Source of the DNA: Octopus vulgaris
Lineage: Eukaryota
Assembly: GCA_951406725.2 (NCBI GenBank)
Contig: OX597819.1
Coordinates: 98,208,001 to 98,272,000, forward strand
Reading direction: 5' to 3'
DNA: 64,000 nucleotides
A program made the position numbers and the translations under genes. Below are positions 51,118-64,000 of this stretch, piece after piece; position 1 is the first letter of the stretch; every line of letters starts with the position of its first letter. The notes under the pieces are model-generated. The model saw nothing but the letters and a program-made list of their open reading frames with translations, ran no database searches and was not told the origin of the DNA.

Positions 51118-51152
51118 GTTTCCGACGAAGAGCTCCGCTCGAAACGTTAAAC
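51118..51152 (+). ncRNA. Minimal hammerhead motif, U4C variant, in a ~205-bp element (51045-51251)
   Basis: GTTT-CCGACGA-a-GAGC tcc GCTC-GAAA-CG-TT-AAAC. Confidence 0.6.
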
Positions 51153-51246
51153 CCTCCTTCTTTCCTTCTTTCCTGAGCGTCCAATAATACTATATTTGTT
51201 CCACGTCCTCGCGTTGTTGTGTTTTTTTGTACTTTCTTGTTTGGAT

Positions 51247-51431
<185 letters not shown>

Positions 51432-52149
51432 TGTATCTCTCTCTCTATATGTATATACATTATATAGATAGATAGATATATACAGAGAGAGAAATTGGTT
51501 ATTGTCAGGATTTGTCATTACTTTCCCTAGTGTAGACAGCGAGCCTAAGTCCTGTAGGGCAGAGATTTAAGAGGCAGTTGCGATATGCATGCATTTTCAA
51601 GGGCATCAACGTCATTCAAGGAGTACAATCGTTACAAACCGGAAGCGAAACCAGATTGTCAGACTTGATAGTCGTGTGGTATTAGTCAGTCCAAACTTCC
51701 AAACTACGACTTTTGGTATGGTTGTTGATGACATTACTGTAATGAATCATGTCAATGGTAAATTTCACTGTAATTCAACTGCTTTACGAAATGTCATGTG
51801 CTCTGACAGTGCAGCTAGCTGCACCATCTGTGCACATGCATCCACACCCACTCACTCACACACACATAAATAGACACCCAGTTGCACATATGCACACATT
51901 CACATACATGCATACAAATGCAACAACATCACTATAATTGCATGACAATGTGTTAGTGTTCAATATATTTTATCACAGCTATCATGTAATACACATTCTC
52001 TCTCTCTCCCACACATACACACACACATATATATATATACATGTATAATAGAGAGACAGAGAGAGAGAGATACATGCATGCATACATATACATATGCGTA
52101 CACACATATATAAATAAGTGTGTATGTGTATGTAGGTATGTATGTATTC

Positions 52150-52210
<61 letters not shown>

Positions 52211-52343
52211 CATATATACATATAATATGCATACATACGTACATACTATAACCTGTAATCTCAGCCAGATTGATTACTTAGCATTTACGGCTTTAAAATG
52301 TCTTGACACTTGGTATATACATACAATTGTGTGTGTGTGTGTA

Positions 52344-52379
<36 letters not shown>

Positions 52380-52696
52380 CGTGCGTGCGTGTGTGTGTAA
52401 TCAAGGGGGACGAATGGACAATTGCATTTAAATCCTTGCTACGTATGTTTCTATAACAAGTTATTTTACTTATAATTCGTGCGTTACGTCATACACAAGT
52501 TGTCTTTTTCATCAGGCACCAAACTACTATTAGAATGAGAAATGAACTGATGTAAACATACATTCATATATATATACATACATAAATATGTACATACATG
52601 CATACATATATACATACATACATGCATACATACATACATACATACATACATACATACATGCAAAAAGATAATTTTTATATCCAAATAAACATGAAT

Positions 52697-53041
52697 TGTG
52701 AGTTTGTGACCCCCTTCGGTCATGAATGACCATGGGATTGCACCTAGAAAGTTACCCTCCTAGTCCCAAGTCCGGGCAAGGTTGTTTATGGAAGACCAGC
52801 AGTCGCCCATGCATACCAGCCTCCGCTCTCCACGCCACCAGTGTTATCCAAGGGAAAGACAAAGGTCGATACAGCTTGGCACCAGTGACGTCGCAACTCA
52901 TTTCTACAGCTGAGTGAACTGGAGCAACGTGAAATAAAGTGCCTTGCTCAAGAACACAACATGCAGCTCGGTCCGGGATTCGAGCTCACAACCTCACGAT
53001 CGTAAGCTCGACGCTCTAACCACTGAGCCATGCGCCTTCAC
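52697..53041 (-). mobile_element. SINE family C, full length with 10-bp TSD
   Basis: Minus-strand head GGCGCATGGCTCAGTGGTTAGAGCG. AAACATGAAT occurs at 52687-96 and 53042-51. Confidence 0.9.
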
Positions 53042-54484
53042 AAACATGAATAATAAGTTATAATTTCCACTGAGGATTTCCTGAGGAATGTATGCATGTC
53101 TGTATGTATTAATCATTAGCGACGAAAGCAGTATTAGTACCAAAAGGTAATATTTACATCCAGCTTAACGTGGATGTCTCGTTAGAACATTGAATGCTGC
53201 GTTATTAGTGTTTTGCGATTCGTTCATATAGGCGCTTCGAACATAAAAGCACACACATAGGTCATGGCAAACGAGAATCGTCTGTCATGGGCGCTAGAAT
53301 TCCCATATCAAGTCATTTCATTCCTCAGGAAATAATCAGTGTAAATTATAACATATTATTCGCTTTTTGAGAGATAAGAAATGTTATTGTACTCTATATA
53401 ACTATTGATTGTTAAATATGAATTTATAATTATTTATTTGTTAATAATAATTTAGATATGTACATTTATTTAATTATTATTAGTTTATGATTATTATATC
53501 TGAACGTAAATTTTAAGATATTAGTTAGTCACTTTGCGATCTAGATACGTAAAAATGTTTTTAATAATAGTAATATTAAATATTTTATAAAGATAGATTA
53601 TACGTTTCTAATTTGGAATTTTTCAATTCTTAATTTGTATTTCATAAATATTTTCTAAAGATATCTATAATATCTATGTAAGTAATAATGGACTAATTTA
53701 TTTATTGGTTATATGTTTATATGTTTATTGATAGAAAAAATATAGATTTTAAATTACTATATTTGTTGATTATAATTTAGATACTTATTTTTATGTATTG
53801 ATTATTTTATAAATATTATATGCGAACTAAAATCTAAAAATATTAATAGTGATTGTTTTGTTAAATAGTTTGGTAATTAAATATTAGAGTATAACTAGGT
53901 TAAAAATATTCTATAGTTTATTAATGTTTTTTAAGCTAAATTATATCTTCACAGATAAATACATTTTTCTATCTATTTACTCTATTTTTACCTTAAATAT
54001 TTAACATAATAAATGTATTGTAAGAAACTGATCCTAATGTTTTAAGTTTCAAATTTAGTTAATGGAGTCACTTCTATAAGTAAAATTATTATTTTATTTA
54101 TTTTTTCAAATAAATATTGTTTAACTCTATTTGCTTATTTATTTAACTATCATTGTTAACCTGAAGATTGACTATAATTTTAAATTGAATTCATTTCAAT
54201 TAAATTTAAATTTAATTGTTATTCGAATTTAATTATAGCCATGAAACGTACGTAGCTTTTTTTTACATTTTTACTTATTATATATTGATTAGCCATTTTT
54301 ATGATCTAGTTATATGTTTTATAAAAATATTTTTTATTTGTTATTTAGGTTTTGGTTTATGTCTATTATTGTTTGAATTGCATAATAGTGGTTTATCTCT
54401 AATTTATATTTTATATATTTATATTGTGAAAATTGATGTAATACTAAATTGAATTTTTCCTTGTAAGTTTGGAGTTATACTCCC

Positions 54485-54485
<1 letters not shown>

Positions 54486-54563
<78 letters not shown>
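54486..54563. repeat. (ATT)n microsatellite
   Basis: Direct read. Confidence 0.9.
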
Positions 54564-54567
<4 letters not shown>

Positions 54568-54596
54568 GTGTGTGTGCATGTGTACATGTGCGTCTA

Positions 54597-55487
54597 TTGG
54601 GTCATCCCATAAATAATGCGGTTTTTATACTTCTTTTATTTTTATAAATTAAAATAAACAAAGTCCTTTTTTAATCTAAAATATACTCCCTTTCATTTTC
54701 TACAGCGCTCATCCATCTATCTGGTAGACTTGTTAGGCCCCTCTTCCAAAATTCACTTGTTCATGATGAAAAATACTCCTCCGGTACTATTTTGACCTCG
54801 TCTACAGAATATTTTTTTCCATATGATAATCAGATGGGGCAATGTCCGGCGAATATGGTGGGTGAGGCATCATTTCCCATTCAAACTGCTCCAGCATTGT
54901 AATGTCATTCCCCTTGTATGTCGCCAAGATTATCCTCATAGAAGAATACCTTTCGTCTTGAAACCAAAGATAGTTGTTTTTTCTTCTAGCGCTGACTTGA
55001 ATGATTGGTTGAATGACCAAATCCAAGCTTCTCGGCTAGTTCCTCAACAGTTACGATGGGATTTTGTTCCAACAGGATTTGCAGGAGGTCCTCGTCGATC
55101 TCTACAGATCTTCCAGGACGAGGCTTTTCTTCAAGGTTGTAATTTCCGGCTCAGAATTTCTGGAACCATCGTTGACAGTGGGTTACGCTTATTGTCCGAT
55201 CTCCATTTACTGCATTAATATTACTCTTACTTTCCGTTGTATTGTTGCCGTTATTGAACTCATAAAGCAAAATATGTTGAATATACTCCTTTGTCACTTC
55301 CATTATAGCTTTGAAAAAAAACCTGTTAAAATCGAACTGCACTCTTCAAATCTTGTACTAAGAATAAGAAAAAAGGGCAAATTAGTACCTGCTTTTATAG
55401 TAAGTTGATGCAGATAGTTTATCCCGTCCCCCTCTGACTTTTAGTTCATGCAATTGAAAAAACCGTATTATTTATGGGATGACCCAA
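54597..55487 (-). mobile_element. Internally deleted mariner transposon (transposase pseudogene about 55303 to 54671)
   Basis: TIRs TTGGGTCATCCCATAAATAATGCGGTTTT / AAAACCGTATTATTTATGGGATGACCCAA, with TA on the left. N-terminal HTH MEVTKEYIQHILLYEF...QRWFQKF, then HPPYSPDIAPSDYH and LPDRW. Confidence 0.92.
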
Positions 55488-55523
55488 AATATATGTGTGT
55501 GTGTGTGTGTGTGCGCGCGTATG

Positions 55524-55572
<49 letters not shown>

Positions 55573-56729
55573 ATATATATATATATGTGTGTGTGTATGT
55601 GTGTGTGTGCGTGTATATATATATATATGCATTCATGTATGAATATCCTTTTCCTTGTACATTATTGGCCTTTTTTTTAAAAATATACTGTTCCACTAAT
55701 TTCATTCGGCTTGTTGTGTGTGTTATGTTTCTGATGTGATGTAGATTGAGAAACAAAGTATTTAGTAGTCTAAGTTCGTTATAGTATCTGAATGTCCCTT
55801 TTGGAATAAATTCTTTCTTATAGAAGTACTATTTTGTAACTAAGTACTATTTGCTTATTTTGATATTGTTACTTGTAGTAATAAACTGGTCAATTTTCAA
55901 GCAGCATATATTCTTTTAACGCAGCTGACACCGCCGAGGTAAATGATACTGTCCAGATGTCAAAGTCATAGTGATATTCATTTGGCAGCTGATGAGGAGA
56001 ATACACATTTGTTTTTGCTTAATTACGAATTTGTACTTACAAATCTCCCCTCTCTATGTCATCGATATTTATCCAAGGAAAAAACCGCTGCTTTAGGGCC
56101 AATACAGCTCTGCACCAGACTCCTTGGAGGCGTCGCTGTGCGATCGCAAAGGATTAGAACGAATACTGCAAGGTATCATAGTCATCCCTCTTACAGTTCC
56201 GCCGATCCATTGCTCTGGATTTGTACATTTTTTTAAATCGAAATTTTGACTTTAGTGGGATTTGAACTCAGAGTGCTTAGAGTCGCAAAATAAATCACAT
56301 GGCACTCTATCCAATGCTCTATTGATTCTGCCAACTTGCAGATAAACGTTATACTTTAGCACTAACGTAACTACTGTATTTCATGCTGGTGGATTCTCTG
56401 AATATTTTATCTCAGTGCTTTGGTTGTTATAGTACGTTGATGGCTTTCTTGTTGGGAGAGGAAGGATGCTACACAAAGCAGAAATGGCTGAGAGGAAAAT
56501 ATTGTGGTATAAATTTATTGTTGTCTCGACCCAAGTCAGTCCTGGTCGAGAAGACCTATAACACGTAGATAAATGTTTGCTATTGTGGCATACATTTCAG
56601 CAAAATAACAGTCACCACTACCGCTGCGACCGCTATCACCTTTCCCGCCAGAGCCACCATGGTCCCACAATAGCCATCACCTTTATCATCATTATTCCTT
56701 CCACATGAAGATAGCTAAATTAGTCACAT

Positions 56730-57035
56730 TCCTATTTCTTTACTGCCCACAAGGATGAAAGGCAAAGTCGACCTCGGCGGAATTTGAACTCAGACGAAAT
56801 ACCTATTTCTTTACTACCCACAAGGGGCTACACACAGAGAGGACAAACAAGGACAGACAAACGGATTAAGTCGATTACATCAACCCCAGTGCGTGACTGG
56901 TACTTAATTTATCGACCCCGAAAGGATGAAAGGCAAAGTCGACCTCGACGGAATTTCGAACTCAGAACGTAACGGCAGACGAAATACCGCTAAGTATTTC
57001 GCCCGGCATGCTAACGTTTCTGCCAGCTCGCCACC
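56730..57035 (-). mobile_element. SINE family B with a partial adjacent duplicate
   Basis: CCTATTTCTTTACT.CCCACAAG and the core are each present twice. Confidence 0.85.
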
Positions 57036-57551
57036 ATTAGTCACATTATAAAAGATAAAAGTGGATCCTTTATACAACAAATATCAAATCAAAGGAAAAT
57101 TTTCGTGTTTGTCAATAAATGAGTGTTTGTGTATGTGTGTGTTTTGTCTGTGTCTGCAACAGGTTGTTCAATAAGTAGGATAGGCTTAAAAGCATAATTT
57201 TAAATGCTGTTTCATTCACCAGACACTTAATAAATACAACTCAAACGTACATGAAAATAAGCGCATAAACATAAAGATGAATAGAGACTAATATTATGTA
57301 CATGCGCATGTGTGAGATTGAGCGCGCGAGTACGTGTGTTATATACATGTAGGTATGTATATAAGTGTGCTTGTACGTAGGTATGTGTGTATGTATATAA
57401 GTAAGTATGTATGTAAGTATGTGGGTAGGTAGGTAGGTAGGTAGGTAGGTAGGCATGTTTGTATATGTGTATGTGTATGTGAGCATGCATATACACAACA
57501 CACACACATATATACATCCATACACACACAGACACACATACACACACACAC

Positions 57552-57593
<42 letters not shown>

Positions 57594-57604
57594 CATTTTA
57601 TGCA

Positions 57605-57854
57605 TAGGAGTGGCTGTGTGGTAAAGTAGCTTGCTTACCAACCATATGGTTCCAGGTTCAGTCCCACTGCGTGGCTTCTACTATGGCCTCAGGCCGATCA
57701 AAGCCTTGTGAGTAGATTTGGTAGACGGAAACTGAAAGAAGACAAATCGGTAGATAGATTATTTTGCTGCTATGCAAAGTTCATTAACCTTTCTACATTT
57801 CTAATAAGTATGGCAATTCATACGGTATATTACAACAAATCACGGATAGACACT

Positions 57855-57888
<34 letters not shown>

Positions 57889-58269
57889 CACACACACACG
57901 CACACACACACACACTTATACATATACACACACACACAGATACGGGAATAGTTTTCTTTGCTTTATTCTTTTATTCTTTTATTTGTTTCAGTCATTTGAC
58001 TGCGGCCATGCTGGAGCACCGCCTTTAGTCGAACAAATAATTTATAAATTATAATTATATAATAAATTATAAATTTAATTGCGTGAAATACCATGAACTG
58101 TAGTTAGTTAGATATGCGCCATTATATAATATATAAGCACACATACGTATAGACACACACACACACATATGCATACATACATACATACATACATACATAC
58201 ATACATACATACATACATACTTACATACACACACACATACATACATACATACATACATACATACATACA

Positions 58270-58300
<31 letters not shown>

Positions 58301-58529
58301 TACAATATATATGCAAGTCTTTTCTCAAGTTCCAAATGTGAATTTGTCTGTGTTAAGAGCGGGTGTGTGGTAAGTAGCTTGCTTACCAACCACATGGTTC
58401 CAGGTTCATTCCCACTGCGTGGCACCTTGCTCAAGCGTCTTCTACTATAGTCTTGTGAAAGAATTTGGTAAACGGAAACTGAAAGAAGCCTGTCGTATAT
58501 ATATGTGTATATATATATATGTGTGTGTC

Positions 58530-58564
<35 letters not shown>

Positions 58565-58790
58565 TAGGTATGTATGTATGTATGTATGTATGTATGTATG
58601 TATGTATGTGTATATATTTGTGTGTCTGTGTTTGTCCCCCCAACATCGCTTGATAACCGGTGGTGGTGTGTTTACGTCCCCGTAACTTAGCGGTTCGGCA
58701 CATGAATAAGTACTAGGCTTATAAAGAATAAGTCCTGGGGGCGATTTCCTCGCCTAAAGACGGTGCTCCAGTATGGCCGCAGTCAAATGA
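57605..58790. mobile_element. Family A SINE copies and fragments (57605-57740 +, 57965-58035 -, 58357-58790 +)
   Basis: Family A head and tail blocks. Confidence 0.8.
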
Positions 58791-59156
58791 GGGGAAAAAA
58801 GATCCCGAAGTTGGAACCTTGTATCTTTGTTGGAAACCTGCTCCCTCAGTGGAAGTTTTTAAAATAAATTAAAAATAGAAGAGACACACATGCAAACATG
58901 CATACATACATGTATACATGCATGCATACATACATAAATACATGCATGCATACATGCATACAAACATACATACATACACTTGGGTGTACACACCGATAGT
59001 TCAATCAACGCACCAACACAACCACATATTCACAGTCATAACTCAAAAAGTCTTATTGTTTTGTTAGTAACTGGCTTGAGCTCTCTCATACCTCTGTGTG
59101 TGTGTGTCTACCTGTGTGTCTGTCTGACTGTCTGCGTGTGCGCGCGCATGTGTAGT

Positions 59157-59391
59157 GGAGGCGCATGGCTTAATGGTTAGGATGTTAATCGTAAGATTGT
59201 CGTTTCGATTCCTGGACTAAGTGACACGTTGTGTTCTTCAGCAAAACACATCATTTCACGTTACTCCTGTCCACTCGGCTGGCAAAAATAAGTATTCCTG
59301 CAAAAGACTAGCGTCCCATCCAGGTGGGGAATATATTCGCTACGGAACCCAGGAAAACGGCTCTATCAGTAGGCTCGGGAAAGAGCTTTAT

Positions 59392-59395
<4 letters not shown>
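59157..59395 (+). mobile_element. SINE, family C-related
   Basis: GGAGGCGCATGGCTTAATGGTTAG...GTTTCGATTCC...TTGTGTTCTTCAGCAAAACAC. Confidence 0.7.
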
Positions 59396-59431
<36 letters not shown>

Positions 59432-59453
59432 AGATAGATAGATAGATAGATAT

Positions 59454-59527
<74 letters not shown>

Positions 59528-59841
59528 TACGGAGATATACTTGTATAGCAAATGACTTGATCTGAGATCGTGTGCTGAAACAAAAACAACTGCAGCGAGG
59601 AAGCCAATTGAAAAACACACAAACACCGTTAGATTCACTTCAACATTTAAATTTAATTTGTGCCAAAATATTTTTGTCGCTTTGAATCAAACGAAGACAT
59701 TTGAAAAATACACCCAAATATAAATTGTAGAACTTTATACATGCTCGATTTCGGTTGAGCGTTCTGTACCTAGTTCTGGAAATTGTGTTTTGTAAGCGAC
59801 AGACTGTGCTGATGATCTTGCAGATGTTTGCGTGTTTATAT

Positions 59842-59897
<56 letters not shown>

Positions 59898-60249
59898 ATA
59901 CATATAAGCAGTGTTTAGGCACAAGCGAAGCGAGCTTTAGGTTAGTTAAAATATACAGATTTCAACTTCTAAAGGCAAATTTATTGCAGTTACTATGGAA
60001 AAAAATTCTCTCTTATGGTGTAAGGTGTTAAAACACTATATCTGCTCAGTGTTGCCCACTAACGGATTTCTTGACGCAACGTTTCTGGTTTTTTAGCCTT
60101 CTCAATGGAAGTACCGAAGAGCGGTAACATTGGGCAGATTTGAGACCGTAGATTTAGCCTAAAGAAACAGCCTACAACATTGAGTAAGTTGCGCTTTTAG
60201 ACCGCCCGGTCGGAAGAAATTCAACAGCAATTATACATGTGTATATCTT

Positions 60250-60660
60250 TTGTCTTTTACTTGTTAGACTTCGGCCATGCTGGGGCACCGTCTTGAAGAA
60301 TCTTAAGGCGAATGAATCGTCCCTACTACATATTTTTTCTTATAACACTGGTACTTATTCTATCGATGTCTTTTGCCGAACCGCTAAGCTACAAGGACGT
60401 AATCACAACCACACCGGTTGTCAAGCAGCAGTGGAGGACAAACTCAGACACAAAGATACACATACGCACATGCGTGCGCGCGCACACACACACACACATA
60501 CGACGGGCTTCTTTCAGTTTCCGTCAGCCAAATCCTCCGACAAGGCTTTGGTCAGCCCAAGGCTATAATAGAAGACACTTGCCCAAGGAGCCGCGCAGTG
60601 GGACTGAACCCAGGGCCATGTGGTTAGAAGCAAGTTTCTTGCCAGATAGCCACGCTTACG
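60250..60660 (-). mobile_element. SINE family A
   Basis: Head and tail are both present. Confidence 0.85.
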
Positions 60661-60799
60661 CGAGTGTACGCGTTTGTGTGTGTATGTATGTGTATATGTA
60701 ATTTTATGTATTAGTGTGTATGGGTGTGTATGTCTATATGCGTGTGGGTGGATACTAGCGTGAAATGATGATACCAATTGTATGTCTTTGGCAGTTCCA

Positions 60800-62247
<1,448 letters not shown>

Positions 62248-62509
62248 CCCTATTGGAATGTCTTAGTTACAGCCCTGTCTGTTTCCTTACACTCTTTCAC
62301 TGCAAGTTATGGCTATAAGTTAATAAGGATAAGTGTTTGAAATAATAGTGCTATTTTGATCTTTTTTTTGGTTCTTCCAATGCCCGTTATTCTTCGGAAT
62401 TCTGTATAAATTCGAATGTTCTTTTTAAAATATCGTTTATTCAAAATATTGTTTGTTGGATAGGTCATCATCAAAGTTTTAGTTTACCTTATTATACCTC
62501 TTCAAAATT

Positions 62510-62588
62510 TTATCTGAGGAAGGTGGACTTATGCTATGATGTAATCCATGATGACATAAATAAAAGTATACCGAAACAGCTGTAATTT
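62510..62588 (+). ncRNA. Degenerate hammerhead motif with enlarged stem/loop II
   Basis: CTGAGGA-a-GGT...ACC-GAAA-C AGCT G-TA. It has the same GAAACAGCTGTA as 31349, and stem I is weak. Confidence 0.5.
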
Positions 62589-62862
62589 TAACCCCCCCAT
62601 CTGTGTGTGCGCGCACGTGTGTGTATTTATGTATATATGTATGTATCTATATATTGTTGACGTTAGAATTTAGAAACTTCTTGAGAAAGATGATTCTGTT
62701 AGAGACGATGGTTCTTGAAGCAGATAAAGGTACAAATAATACCGAGTAAATCTGGGGCTTAAAATCTTTAGAATAAGTCTCTTTTTAAACCAATGTTTAC
62801 ACACTGTAAACACCTAGATCCAACATTCCAAAAGTAATTATATACATACATACATACATACA

Positions 62863-62893
<31 letters not shown>

Positions 62894-62915
62894 GTTCTTA
62901 ATACATATCTATCTA

Positions 62916-62954
<39 letters not shown>

Positions 62955-63005
62955 TTTTACATGTTTCAGTCATTTGACTGCGGCCATGATAGAATATTAC
63001 ATATA

Positions 63006-63037
<32 letters not shown>

Positions 63038-63173
63038 CAACGGCCTCGAACACACAAGTGCAAACAAGGGAGACAGAGAAAGGCACAATGCCACTTATAT
63101 TTGAACACTATACAAATATTCCTTTAAAAAAACTTTTCTTTTAATTTTTCTAAATTTAATTATTTAATCGTTA

Positions 63174-63211
63174 CAGTTGAAAAGGTCTCAAAATGACCGA
63201 AACCGGTACTG
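63174..63211 (+). ncRNA. Minimal hammerhead motif, U3-A8 variant, all other core positions canonical
   Basis: CAG-TTGAAAA-GGTC tcaaaat GACC-GAAA-CCGG-TA-CTG. Confidence 0.7.
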
Positions 63212-63259
63212 AAATGTTCTTTATAAAATTATTTTAGCATTTTCTATTTTGACTTGTTT

Positions 63260-63300
<41 letters not shown>

Positions 63301-63409
63301 TATGAATGAATGAAATGGTGTTGGGAAATTGGGACTATGACGGTGATGGATAACGAACCTCTGAAACGAGATTGAGAAGACGGCGTAAAAATTAATGGGG
63401 CTTTAGTGT

Positions 63410-63523
63410 GAATATTTAGGGAAAGAATGAAGAGAGAGAGAGACAGAGGTAGAAATAGAGATAGAGAAAGGTAGGAGAGATTGAGTGAGAACGATGGAGT
63501 GAGGGAGATTTATACTGAAAAGC

Positions 63524-63589
<66 letters not shown>

Positions 63590-63980
63590 ATAAGAGCGTT
63601 GAAGGAGAAAGAGAAGAGAATGTGAAAGTGTGCTGAGAGTCGGAAGTTTGACGTGAGGGGTGGATACAGGAAGAATGTGAGGAGAGAGACAGACAGAGAA
63701 AGAATGAGAGATAGACAAACAAAAAGACAGACAGTGATAGAGGGGGAGAGAGGAGGAGAAGTGATGGAAGTAAAAACTGAAATTTTGGTAAAGGAATATG
63801 AAATAGTGAAAGAGGAAGAGTGGTGAGAAATCTAGAGTGACATAGTAAGGGAGTAGGAGTAAAAAAATGAAAGTGAGGAGCAGACTGATTAAAGAGTAAA
63901 TTAAATAAATTGAAAGGTTGAATGAGTAAAAGTGAGAGGAGAAGAAGAGCGATTAGAATGAGACAGAGGAAAAAAGAATC
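63410..63980. repeat. Purine-rich (GA)n low-complexity tract
   Basis: Direct read. Confidence 0.85.
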
Positions 63981-64000
63981 TATGAAAAAAGCTACATTAA

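Overview
This is eukaryotic, repeat-saturated non-coding DNA (intronic or intergenic). The SINE families and microsatellite load resemble those of an Octopus (coleoid cephalopod) genome; that assignment is recognition from memory, not a database result. No intact host protein-coding gene is evident, and nearly all listed ORFs are microsatellite or SINE read-through. Real coding remnants are all decayed transposons: two RTE-type LINE fragments, an R4/Dong-type RT, a CR1/L2-like RT, a Penelope-like element (PLE) RT plus GIY-YIG end, a Chapaev3/CMC-like transposase, an internally deleted mariner and hAT C-terminal domains. There are also several MITEs, a solo-LTR-like segment and dozens of tRNA-derived SINE copies from four families. 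The most interesting signal is at the RNA-structure level. About ten minimal type I hammerhead-ribozyme (HHR) motifs of the PLE style sit in short elements inserted at (TA)n tracts. Three carry a compensatory U3-A8 core pair in place of C3-G8, one has a ~97-nt stem II, and four cluster within 1.1 kb. A set of microsatellite-anchored fold-back elements accompanies them, including a 433-bp palindrome built from two head-to-head tRNA-like Pol III heads. Repeat boundaries are approximate unless TIRs or TSDs are quoted.
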